64,000 nucleotides of DNA from Tubulanus polymorphus (lineage: Eukaryota; Animalia; Nemertea), in contig NC_134029.1 of NCBI RefSeq assembly GCF_964204645.1, forward strand, positions 18,656,950 to 18,720,949, given 5' to 3'. The translations under genes and the position numbers were made by a program. The notes below the pieces were generated by a model. That model made no database searches. It saw only the letters and a program-made list of their open reading frames with translations, and was not told the origin of the DNA. This document shows positions 25,963 through 36,674 of the stretch, one piece after another (within the stretch, counting starts at the first letter, position 1; each line of letters begins with the position of its first letter).

Positions 25963-26658
25963 CTATATAGGTCCAACGCTATCGCCTTTCTCGCCTTTCT
26001 TCTTCGGATAGCAAGCCTTTCTTGATTTGCCATTGGTACTATTGCCATACGGCAAGCACTGAACGTCCATTCCCAGACGCTTACAACAGTCGGAATCGCT
26101 TGAACAATTAATGTTAACGCAGTCTAGTCGACAACGCTTCCGTCCCAACAATCCCTTGCACACCGCGGAATTGCCACTGCGGTCGCTACAACAGTCCGAA
26201 TTGTCACTGCATTTCGAAAAAATACGTTTGCAATCCGGTCGACGTCGACAGGTGCCGCTTTTTCCATCCCCGATGACGCAAATTGTTGCCTTACCGTCGT
26301 TAGGACAACATTCCGAATCTGTGGTACACGGTTTATCAATCGCGCTGCACTCCTTTGCCTTTGACAGCTTACACACGGCGCCACTGCCTCTTACCTTGCA
26401 TGTAGCTACCATTCCAGGGCGATCGTCTGCTGCGCAACACTGATCATTAGATTCACACGATTCGTATCTAACGCGGCATTTTGACGGCAGACAGAATTTG
26501 CTTGCATCCTTCGAATTCATGAACGGTTTTCGGCACGTCACTCCATCTCCACAACACTTGTCACCCAAAGAACAAACGCTTCTATATTCTTTGCATCCCT
26601 GCGCGCTGATGTGCGCTACTACGAAGAGCAATAAACAGCTTCTCACCAACGCAGTCAT
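25963..26658 (-). CDS. Secreted cysteine-rich protein with 5 tandem knottin/ICK-like domains
   Basis: tttcag|aaaATG context as in gene 2; signal peptide MTALVRSCLLLFVVAHISAQG; five C-C-CC-C-C units (fifth has C-x4-C); 231 aa; upstream TATATAAA and a candidate 5' UTR donor at ~26822. Confidence 0.88.
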   Translation of the reverse strand: MTALVRSCLLLFVVAHISAQGCKEYRSVCSLGDKCCGDGVTCRKPFMNSKDASKFCLPSKCRVRYESCESNDQCCAADDRPGMVATCKVRGSGAVCKLSKAKECSAIDKPCTTDSECCPNDGKATICVIGDGKSGTCRRRPDCKRIFSKCSDNSDCCSDRSGNSAVCKGLLGRKRCRLDCVNINCSSDSDCCKRLGMDVQCLPYGNSTNGKSRKACYPKKKGEKGDSVGPI

Positions 26659-27007
26659 TTTCTGAAATAAGAAGGACGAACAATGTTAGTAACTTTGTCG
26701 AATCGAGAAATAATGTTCAACTTTGAGAGGAATAGTTCAACTTAACGAACATGAATTGAATATTCGAAAGATCCATTACTGATTCTATGTCCATATTCAG
26801 TAATTTCCATGATATCACATACCATATGTTTCTCAAGCCGATGTCACCCAGGGAATGTCGTGAATGCAACGGGTTTATATATATATATATACATCGTAAA
26901 CAAAGGAGCATTCATGCTTATCAGCATTTCGCGTAAAGCCGTAATATGCTTTAAACGATTGTGTAGTTGCAGTGAACGAGGACAATCTTTCTTTTGACTA
27001 GAATATC

Positions 27008-27801
27008 AGTAATAGGGGTAATGGGCTTTCAAGCCAAAGGTCGAACGGTCGAGCTCATTAAAAAACAAAACATTAAAAGTAATTTAAAACTATAATATAT
27101 TTTCATAACCGTGTGTATTTTATATTATAACTAAATATTTATTCTAAGATATCAATAATTTAAATTTAAAAAGCATATTGTATTAAATCAATTGGTCGCT
27201 CCACTTCGCTACCGCTCCGCTCCGCGACCAATTGATTTATTTACAATACACAAATTCATATAATCAAATATATTTTAATAATGATAATTATTCTATTATT
27301 CAACTGAAATACACACGGTTATGAAAATATATTATAGTTTTAAATTACTTTTAATGTTTTGTTTTTTAATGAGCTCGACCATTCAACCTTTAACCTGAAA
27401 GCCCATTACCCCTATTACTCTTAAAATAATCATGTACATGAATAACATTTAAATTGACAGATTATTCAATATAAAAGTATATATTTACAACATTATTTCA
27501 ATATTCATATTTGTGTGAGTTAGATTTTAAACATTAAAAGTGTTAGTAAAGTGTGATTGAAATAATACATGATATAAATCATTGAACTTCTAAAATCAAT
27601 ATAGTAAAAAAATATGTATAATAAATGGAACCAGAACAACCACAAATTATCAATATTACCAATAAGGGTAAAAAAAATATTTTAAAGCGTAAGGTTTCAG
27701 CGAACTCTAACTCTTTTTGAATTTTTACCTATTTTAATAAAAATTTGATATATAAATGTGCACAAGATTAATTAAAGTTCCCGCGAAAGACATGAGTAAT
27801 A
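27008..27801 (+). repeat. Left terminal inverted repeat; outer 412 nt form a fold-back hairpin
   Basis: Arms 27008-27120 and 27307-27419 are complementary (5 mismatches); central perfect 15-bp stem 27185-27199/27224-27238 with a 24-nt loop. Confidence 0.9.
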
Positions 27802-28605
27802 AATATATAAATTCAATATTATATTATTTAACTGTTAACAATAATTTAGCAGATATTTCAGGAGTAAATATAAATAGGTATTATAAATCTGAAAATAATG
27901 AATTAATTGAAACATCAGATATATTTTGCGATAATATAATGCTATATAAAATCATGTTAGAAAAAGAAATTATAAAAGAAAATAGAACAACTTTTCTAAA
28001 CGTTAATCAGAGAAAGATAACACATTATGAAATTATAGAATGTTTTAATCAAGGAGATATTATATTGGATAACTTAGCTATAAAAGTTACACGTTTTTTA
28101 ACAATTCATGATGATAATTCAAAATCATATATATTAAGTAGAATTAATCAAGAATTAAAATTAACAGATTATATTGCTGTATTTAAAATTTCATTATGCA
28201 ATCAAAATTTAAATGAATTAATACAGAAAATGGATAATATTGAAAAATTATTAAATGAAAAAAATTACAATATATTAGATGTAGATGTGACACAAGATTT
28301 TAAAGGATCATTTAATTCAGATGAAATAAAATCAATGTTCGAAAATAGAAAATATAAAGTTCTAAAAGAATTCTCCAATGGTTGTGTTTCAGCATTACAT
28401 AAGGATGATGAAATAAAGATCTATAATAAAACAGCATGTCAATTCAAATCTCCTGGTGTAAATATAAATTTCGGTTCAAATTTAATGAGTTACATAAATT
28501 GCTATCAAGAGAGGAGAATCATTTGAAAAATCAATTGAAACAGGATTAATTAGAATTGAAATAACAAGTATTTCATATTACTCATGTCTTTCGCGGGAAC
28601 TTTAA
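27756..28605 (+). pseudogene. Rep_trans (pT181 RepC/RepD-like) replication-initiator-like gene, frameshifted and 3'-truncated
   Basis: 256-aa ORF 27756-28526 with ILDVDVTQDF and IKIYNKT; the +1 frame from 28516 continues ESFEKSIETGLIRIEIT, then runs into the right TIR. Motif order matches Rep_trans (R)xDxAxD, IRIYNK, RxE. Assignment is from remembered motifs only. Confidence 0.55.
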
Positions 28606-29368
28606 TTAATCTTGTGCACATTTATATATCAAATTTTTATTAAAATAGGTTAAAATTCAAAAAGAGTTAGAGTTCGCTGAAACCTTACGCTTTAAAATAT
28701 TTTTTTACCCTTATTGGTAATATTGATAATTTGTGGTTGTTCTGGTTCCATTTATTATACATATTTTTCTACTAAATTGATTTTAGAAGTTCAATGATTT
28801 ATATCATGTATTATTTCAATCACACTTTACTAACACTTTTAATGTTTAAAATCTAACTCACACAAATATGAATATTGAAATAATGTTGTAAATATATACT
28901 TTTATATTGAATAATCTGTCAATTTAAATGTTATTCATGTACATGATTATTTTAAGAGTAATAGGGGTAATGGGCTTTCAGGTTAAAGGTTGAATGGTCG
29001 AGCTCATTAAAAAACAAAACATTAAAAGTAATTTAAAACTATAATATATTTTCATAACCGTGTGTATTTCAGTTGAATAATAGAATAATTATTATTATTA
29101 AAATATATTTGATTATATGAATTTGTGTATTGTAAATAAATCAATTGGTCGCGGAGCGGAGCGGTAGCGAAGTGGAGCGACCAATTGATTTAATACAATA
29201 TGCTTTTTAAATTTAAATTATTGATATCTTAGAATAAATATTTAGTTATAATATAAAATACACACGGTTATGAAAATATATTATAGTTTTAAATTACTTT
29301 TAACGTTTTGTTTTTTAATGAGCTCGACCGTTCGACCTTTGGCTTGAAAGCCCATTACCCCTATTACT
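28576..29368 (-). repeat. Right terminal inverted repeat with terminal fold-back hairpin
   Basis: Reverse complement of 27008-27801; hairpin spans ~28957-29368. Confidence 0.9.
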
Positions 29369-30518
29369 AATATCAACGTCCAACGCTCCACCAGCTCTGC
29401 AATAGCCGTTACATGTTGTACTGGAACACGAAAAGCAGCCATCCACACGCCAAATACTTTTTGCCCGAAATCCAATATCTGTTGATGAATGTTTGTACTC
29501 TAGATAACACTGGACTTGAAATTTTTCATGGGAAAAAAATATTGGGAACCAAAATTCAAGAACATTCGTTTGGATTAAAGACATCAAAATCAAATCCAAA
29601 CTGGATACCAATTAATGCCACAAGAAAATAGGTTCACTGTTTTCGATAATATCATTTTAACATAAATCGTAATGTCTGGAATGACTAAATCTATGAATCT
29701 ACTTCGATATATACTAAACATAATTATAATGATCATCGTATATATTCTCGGAGAAAATTTTTGGTTACCATTCGTCATTTGAGTGCGTTGCGCTCTATTG
29801 GCATACCTCTATTGCCATTTTCAAATCAGATACACGTCGGGAAACGGCAATGGAAATTGAAAAAAATGTGTGTTATCTATCCGAAATCAAGCCTATATTC
29901 GCCGAACTGACCAAGACGTCTGAATGTCTGAGCCCTCCGACTTCGTAACAACCGGTTCAGAGTTACCCTGGTCGAATAAATAGAGTCAATTTTCAGTTTA
30001 GTTTTTGTTCACCATTCAATCAAATCACATGATTGATCAATTCAAACAAAAAGGCAAAAAGAGAATCAACAAGAAACAATAAAAAGATTTAAACAAAGCA
30101 ACAAAAAGACAAAACATATATTCACTTTATTTACAGTTGTCAACACACATCAAGTTATTATAAAATGCCGATCTAGCCTCCCCAAATCTATTACTTCTCA
30201 TTTACAGCAAGTTTTCCAACGATGCGCTAGTGCGAGAACAAGATATATCATTATTATCATTGTTGGTATGCATGTTGTTATACAACAATATCATTGCTTT
30301 TTCCAACATTTTTTACAGGCCATGTGGTGCGGTACGGAGACTGATTTTTGCGATGTTTTATCAACCGCCGATTTCTAGACACTGTGGCGCGGCGGCGGCA
30401 ACTAACTAACGAAGTCCGCTGTGCAGTCCGCATCAGCAGAGACTGTGCAGTCAACCCCAAGGTCGTTGAACCAGTTTAGATCGGTTTGGTTTCGTTTGAA
30501 GCGATTTAACGCGCAGCA

Positions 30519-33500
30519 ATGAAGAATACTCGTTCAACTGGTTATTTGTTGATGATATTCTTGATAATCTTTGCATCAAACGTTGAACGAAATGCTGTTG
30601 AAGGGATTGGTCCATTGGCACCAGCTGTAGCAGTGGGTACTGCAGCTATCACGTCGTTTTTGTTGACAAGTTACGATTCGATCAAATGTCAATTCGTCGA
30701 ATGTTGTACGAATTCGTGGATCGATGCAAATATAACTGGTGAGTTTCATGGATAAACTATTTAAATGAATGCAGTGGATATTTTACTGCACATCATCGCT
30801 GATTGGCTGATTTACACCGCATGCGCACAGAGGTGCGCGACTTAGAAAATTCAAGGAAAGTGTGGAGAAGAGTTAGAGAAAATAGAGCGGATAGAGCGAG
30901 ACTCGAACCCGGGCCAGTAAATTACTAGTGCAGCGTCTTCCCACTAGACCACTGAGCTCGCTGAGAAGCAACCGAAGGTTTTAACCATCTATACTAGTAC
31001 CTCACCTTTACCCTAATCCTATCCCTAGGGGTAAAACGGACCCTAACCCTAATCCTAACCCTCTGGGTCGTTTAGACCCTAAACCCATAGGAACCCTAAC
31101 CCTAAACCCAATAAAATGATTTTATTGTTGCTTTTATTGATTAATGCTATAATTTATAGTATTGATGGTATGGTAAAATAGCGGAAGTGTACACTTTGCG
31201 GTATACGTTTAATTATCCACTTGGTGAAATGAACGCAGTGGATATTTTACCGTATACGGCAGAGTCTTTACTTCTGCTATTTTACCGTACATCGTCGCTG
31301 ATTAGCTGATTTATGCCGCGTATCCGCACTGAGGTGCGCGACTTAGAAAATTCAAGGAAAGTATCATACCACTAGAACAACGAGCTCGCTAAAAACCAAT
31401 CGAATGTTTTAATTAGATATTGCACCTAACCTTACCCTAATCCTATCCCACGGGTAAAACGGCTGCCCGTGCAACGGTGGATTGTCTCTGCCTTAATTAG
31501 GTGAGTAATTGATGGTCAAGAGCCCCCAAATCTCTATATGTGATCCTAACACTTGCCTGTGCCAGAAGGCTTTGAACGAATTGAGAGTTCGGGCGAAAAC
31601 TTGCAAGTCACCCCTATAGCTCAAGTGGTAGAGCAATCGCCCGGCAAGCGAGAGATGGTTCGAGTCCCGGTCTCAGTGGTTGACAGATTTCGCTCATCCG
31701 CTAGTACTTCACTAATTCTTTAATCACACACATGATTATAATTAGTTACAAGCTCTACCGCTGCCCGTGCAATGGTGGGGTGTCTCTGCCTTATTTAGGT
31801 GTGTAATTAATGGTCAAGAGCCCCCAAACTTCTATCTGTGATCCTAACCCTCTGGGTCCTTTTGACCCTTAACCCATCGGAGCCCTAACCCTAAACCCAA
31901 TATAATGATTTTATTGTTACTTATTAGTTAATACTATAGTACATAGTAATGATGTACAGTAAAATAGCCCTAGCGGAAGTAAACACTTTATCGTATATGG
32001 TTGAATATCCACTTCGTAAAATGAAACAAAATTTCAGATTTGCTATTTATGATATCATCTACCGTGGCGAGTCTCGATGCCATCAGGTTTAGATCCTTGC
32101 TGTTGAGGATGTACCTGCACCTGCCAGTTGGCAATCCAATGAGATGCGCAAGTTCTACTTTCTGCATCACGATCGTCTTTCCCAGTTACAACTGTCTGAC
32201 ATTGTGACTGACAGAGACTATAATATAATTGCACACTATCGCCGATGTTCACATCTCAGTCCACCTAAGGCTGACCTCCGCCTTGCTTAAGGTTCTCAGT
32301 GAAATCAAATACACGTCTTTGAAAAACTAGGCAAATTATCATTCTATGGTTGCATTAGTGTATAGGTATTTCAACAATGATTGGGCCTATAAGACTTAGT
32401 TGATCATTGTCAGTTTATTCTTGAGGCAGAGAAAGAAATTATTAGAGTTAGATTGTGTCAATATTATGGATCCTAAAAGTTTTTCTATTGGCAAATGATT
32501 TAACATGTTTACCGGTAGTTTGCCAGGCAGAATTTGTAAAGCTACACTGAATATGCTTCATTTTCATCAAACCAAACCTCAAATCTTGCTGTATACATAA
32601 ACAACTTGAATTGTACAAAAATGAGAATTAAATGATTAGCTCCAGTACAAACTACATGGAAATGCAGAAACATAACCACTAGGCCTGCATCGTTAATTAA
32701 TATGGGCTTTTTGTTTCAGGGTTGTCTCGTTCATTGAACACAAGACTACACGGGCAACACCTGGTCATAGGAGCAACTCTTAAGGCAGTTAAGGTAAAAT
32801 GATTTCATAGAAGTAGATATTTTGACAATGCGGCTATTTTGCCAATGGCTCATTTTGATTTGTTACTGGCGTACATGCACCCTTCAGAGAAATTACTGTA
32901 CTTCACTAAAACAGGCTTCAAACCCACCACCTACTGTCTCAAAAAGAACTCACGAATGTCAACTATCATTATATTAGGCCTCATTCAACCAATAGGCCTG
33001 TAGCCCTTAAGTAAATCCTTTTGTTTGAGTCCCGGTCTTGGTGGTGGACTGTTCCCCGATGCCACAAACATCGATACCTTGCGACAACTGGGAGTTAGCC
33101 TTCTTTACTGCTGTCTGTGCACTAGTGGGTGAAATGAAGAAATTCCATGAAATGCCAGTTGTTCATTGGTTATTTATCCAATGGTTAAACTGAAATCAAT
33201 TTTCGAGCAACTCAGCTCTGGACACTGTGGCTTTACAACTAACTGACATTGAAATTTCTACTGCGTGTTTATTTCAGGCGCATGTTAACAATCCTGACCC
33301 GAAGAAAGCTTTGACGCTCTCGTTTCACGGGTGGACGGGAGGCGGTAAGAACTACGTCAGTCGAATGATTGCTGACCATCTGTACGTGAAAGGAATGCAA
33401 AGCAGATACGTGCACCTGTTCATTTCAACGTTACACTTTCCTCACAAAAGTGAACTAGAAACGTATAAAGTAAGTATGTCAGTTGATGCCCCCCATAATA

Positions 33501-36500
33501 TGAAGGCAGTGTCATAGAGGGCTCATGTACCAGTGAAATGTGTGAGCGCAAATTAGATACAAGCACAGATTTTAAGACTGGTATTAACTTTAACCCGGGC
33601 TAACTAACTCCAGTTCCCGGTTAATTCCAGTCTATAAAATCAGGCCCTGGGTTCTGGACTAAAAATGCATGTTTATGAATTATGTTTCCATTGCAAAAGG
33701 TCCAACAAGAATTTTTTATTTTCTATCTGACTTATATTCTGAGGGGCCCTGCAACAAAATTCAGGGGTTTGGATCCCTTGGACACCGTTCCTTTTTCAAA
33801 TGAGCAATTTTCAGTTTTTATTTGCCCACTTGGGACTTTAGTCCCAGCAGGCTATTGCGTTCACTTTTCGTCCGTCAGTCTGTCTGTCCATCCGTAGACG
33901 GAATCCTGTTATTTTGGGGAGTTTTGAAGATGCTTCAAGGTAATGTCTTGATATTTGGTTTATGCATGAATCTACCCTAGACACATCTTCAGCCCAAAAA
34001 CTGGCCCTGTCAGAATCAAGATGGCCGACTGGCAGCCATTGGTGTTCGCCAAAATCAGCACTTTTTACACGTTTTTGAACTTATGAGGGAAATTTTGAAG
34101 ACGCCTTGTTTAATTACCTTGATCTTTTGTATATATTTGATCATCTTGGTGTCATCAGTACTCATTCGTAGGTGGGAAAAAGTTTTTCGACATTTTATTG
34201 ATACCTAAGCATATTTTGTTACAACAATGAATTAGAAAGTTGTAGCTTATAACGTGTTCTATGATTTTGGTGAGTTTCAAGTTCATTGGTTTTTGTATAT
34301 GGCCACCAGGAGGCGTTTAATAATACAATATCTTAGTATTTCTATATTATATTTGTACCAACACATATTTTGTTACCACAATCAATTGCCAAATTGTAGC
34401 TCATGACATCATCTATGATTGTGGTGAGTTTTAATGAAATTAGCTATTCTATATGGTCACCAGGGGGCGTTGAATAGTAGAATAACCTAGTATTTCCTTA
34501 TTATATTGGTACCTAGGCATATTTTGTTACCATGATCATTTTGTAAAGTTGTAGTTCATGACATGTTCTATGATTGTGGTGAGTTGCAAGGTTATTGGGT
34601 TTTGAATATGGTCACCAGGGGGGGGGGTTGAATAGAAGAATAACTTAGTATTTCCATATTAAATTGGTTACGAGGCATATTTTGTTATCACAATCAATTA
34701 CAAAATCATAGCTGCTGACATGTTCTATGATTGTGGTGAGTTTCAAGGTCATTGGTTTTTGTATATGGTCACCAGGGGGCGTTGAATATTGAAATTGTTA
34801 GATTGTTGAGTATTTGAAACCACTTCCCAAGTGGGCATGGTGTCCCTGGACCCCTAGTATAAGTTAAAATATGCCAAAACTTTTCCATGCTGACTAAAAA
34901 GACTACAAGTACTAAACAAAGAATGAATATTGATAAACTGCTGTGTCGATTTATTTAGGATCAGTTGCGGGGATGGATAAAAGGGAATGTGTCGATTTGT
35001 CCACAGCAGTTGTTTATTTTTGACGAAGTCGATAAAATGCACGAATCGCTGATAGACACGATCTCGTCGTATCTCGATTATCACAAAGAAATCAACGGCG
35101 TGAACTATAGAAAATCGATATTTCTTTTTCTGAGGTAATGTTAAAAAGTGTATCTCGAAAATCATGAAATCTTAGCTAGGCAAAACCTTCTAAAACCTTA
35201 CTCTATTAAGGTCCGATGCATGTGATGCGGGAAAACATGGAAACAGGAGATAGAAACATATTTCTCTGAGTGTTTTGCTGCGTCGTCTACAAGAAACGAG
35301 AGACATGGTTTGGGAAAACAATGTTTCCAGGATAAAAAATGTTTGGCTCCATGTTTCTGTGTTTCCCTGCCTTTGGAATTGGGCAAAATTGATGGCCCCA
35401 GTTTATGATATCTTATATTTATTAGTCTAACAGAACGCAGAGATTAATCAAATAATCTTATTGAAACTGTTATGATTTGATTACTGTTTCTCTGATGATA
35501 AGATTTGGATGATTCTCAAAAACTTCTTGATTGAAAAATCTTTATCAAGTGTGGGATTATTCATTAGCTTCTACACCGAGTATAGTGAGAATACTGTTCT
35601 CAGTGTAGAAGCTAATGAATGATCCATATCGGTCTATCTGTCACGCTTGAGCTTAATTTGACCGTAACAATTTCTTAAAGTCTAATCTGCCTTCGTATTC
35701 TAATTCGTAGCAACACAGCTGGAAATGATATTTCGAATGCAGCCTTCAGTCACTGGCAGGATGGGGGCAAAAGAGAGGATATTTCATTCAAAAAAATGGA
35801 AGAGATAATTACTCTTAATTCATATAATGAAAAAGGTCAGTACTTAGTGCGACATTCTTGATAGACGTACATGTGGCGTGTTAGCTCATAGAAAATGAGA
35901 TCCCATGATTAACCCTTTCAGTGCGTCTACACAGCGATGCGGTGTATAAATCGGTGATGGATTTTGCTTGTACAAGCAGCTTGTACACTGCACTGCAGTG
36001 TATTGATGTAATTAGTTATTAGTCTTACCCCTATTGAAAGATGGCAGCACCTGTCAAACATAGTGACATATTAGTAACTAACAATACACTGCGTAGCGGT
36101 GTAGACGCACTTGAGTGGTATTCCCATTATTTAACACACTAGGTTGGAATTTTTCAAAATTATCAAATTATCTCCAGCACTATAGGGTTTTAATTAGTTA
36201 GCACTGAAAGGGTTAAGCTAAGAATAAGCTAAAAAAGATTATTGAGTTTACCCAGTAAGTAGTGATGCAGAACGTTGTGGCATTGTCAGGTGTCTACTGG
36301 GATAAACAGTTGGAAAATATGTTTTTGACAGCCCAGAGTTGATATCTTACTTAGAAAACAGATGCTGAATCAGGTGTTTATATTGCTGCTTGAATTTTGA
36401 TTCAATGCGTTTTACAGGCGGTTTGTGGCATAGTTCGTTGATTTCGAAAAATCTGATCAACGCGTTCATTCCGTTCTTGCCGCTGGAGCGTATTCACGTG

Positions 36501-36674
36501 AAAATGTGCATCAAAGACGATTTATTATCGAAAGGGCACCGCCATCCGTCCGAAGAACTGATCAGTTCAATCGCCGACGAGATGCATTATTTCCCGAAAG
36601 AAGTGAAATTATACTCGACATCCGGCTGCAAACGGGTGACTGAAAAAGTGGATTACGTAATGGAAGAAGTGTGA
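30519..36674 (+). CDS. Torsin-1-like ER-lumenal AAA+ ATPase
   Basis: Exons 30519-30738, 32720-32793, 33278-33469, 34959-35134, 35711-35835, 36418-36674. Signal peptide and hydrophobic segment, ECC, LHGQHL, Walker A GWTGGGKN, Walker B FIFDEVDKM, sensor-1 FLSNTAG, PFLPLE, redox sensor-2 SGCKRV. Confidence 0.95.
30764..32020. mobile_element. Two tandem copies of a non-autonomous TIR element with CCCTAA-like repeats and tRNA-derived segments (torsin intron 1)
   Basis: Shared blocks AAATGAA-GCAGTGGATATTTT...GAGGTGCGCGACTTAGAAAATTCAAGGAAAG at 30764 and 31227; ends TAGCGGAAGT...TATCCACTT; tRNA-like A/B boxes at ~30890-30960 (-) and ~31615-31670 (+). Confidence 0.6.
33820..34858 (+). mobile_element. 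Helentron-associated non-autonomous element (HINE/DINE-1/pearl-like) with internal tandem array
   Basis: Subterminal inverted repeat TGCCCACTTGGGA / TCCCAAGTGGGCA, (CTGT/CCGT)n microsatellite near the 5' end, about four ~155-bp tandem units (34205-34790), short 3' stem-loop. Confidence 0.65.
35913..36212. mobile_element. piggyBac-type MITE
   Basis: TTAA|CCCTTTCAGTGC...GCACTGAAAGGG|TTAA; second copy at 49539-49826. Confidence 0.8.

Larger units (their letters stand above)
27008..29368. mobile_element. Hairpin-ended DNA element with ~794-bp TIRs and 6-bp TSD (Polinton-like ends, Rep_trans-like cargo), probably an internal-deletion derivative
   Basis: AATATC direct repeat at 27002-27007 and 29369-29374; termini AGTAATAGGGG...CCCCTATTACT; 27008-27801 is the reverse complement of 28576-29368 with only a handful of differences; much more AT-rich than the flanks. 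Confidence 0.9.

Noticed and set aside
31010-31110. CCCTAA repeats as an interstitial telomere
   Set aside because: Short, degenerate and embedded in a repeated TIR element.
31611-31680. Possible tRNA gene
   Set aside because: A and B boxes are present but there is no proper acceptor stem or cloverleaf; treated as a SINE head.
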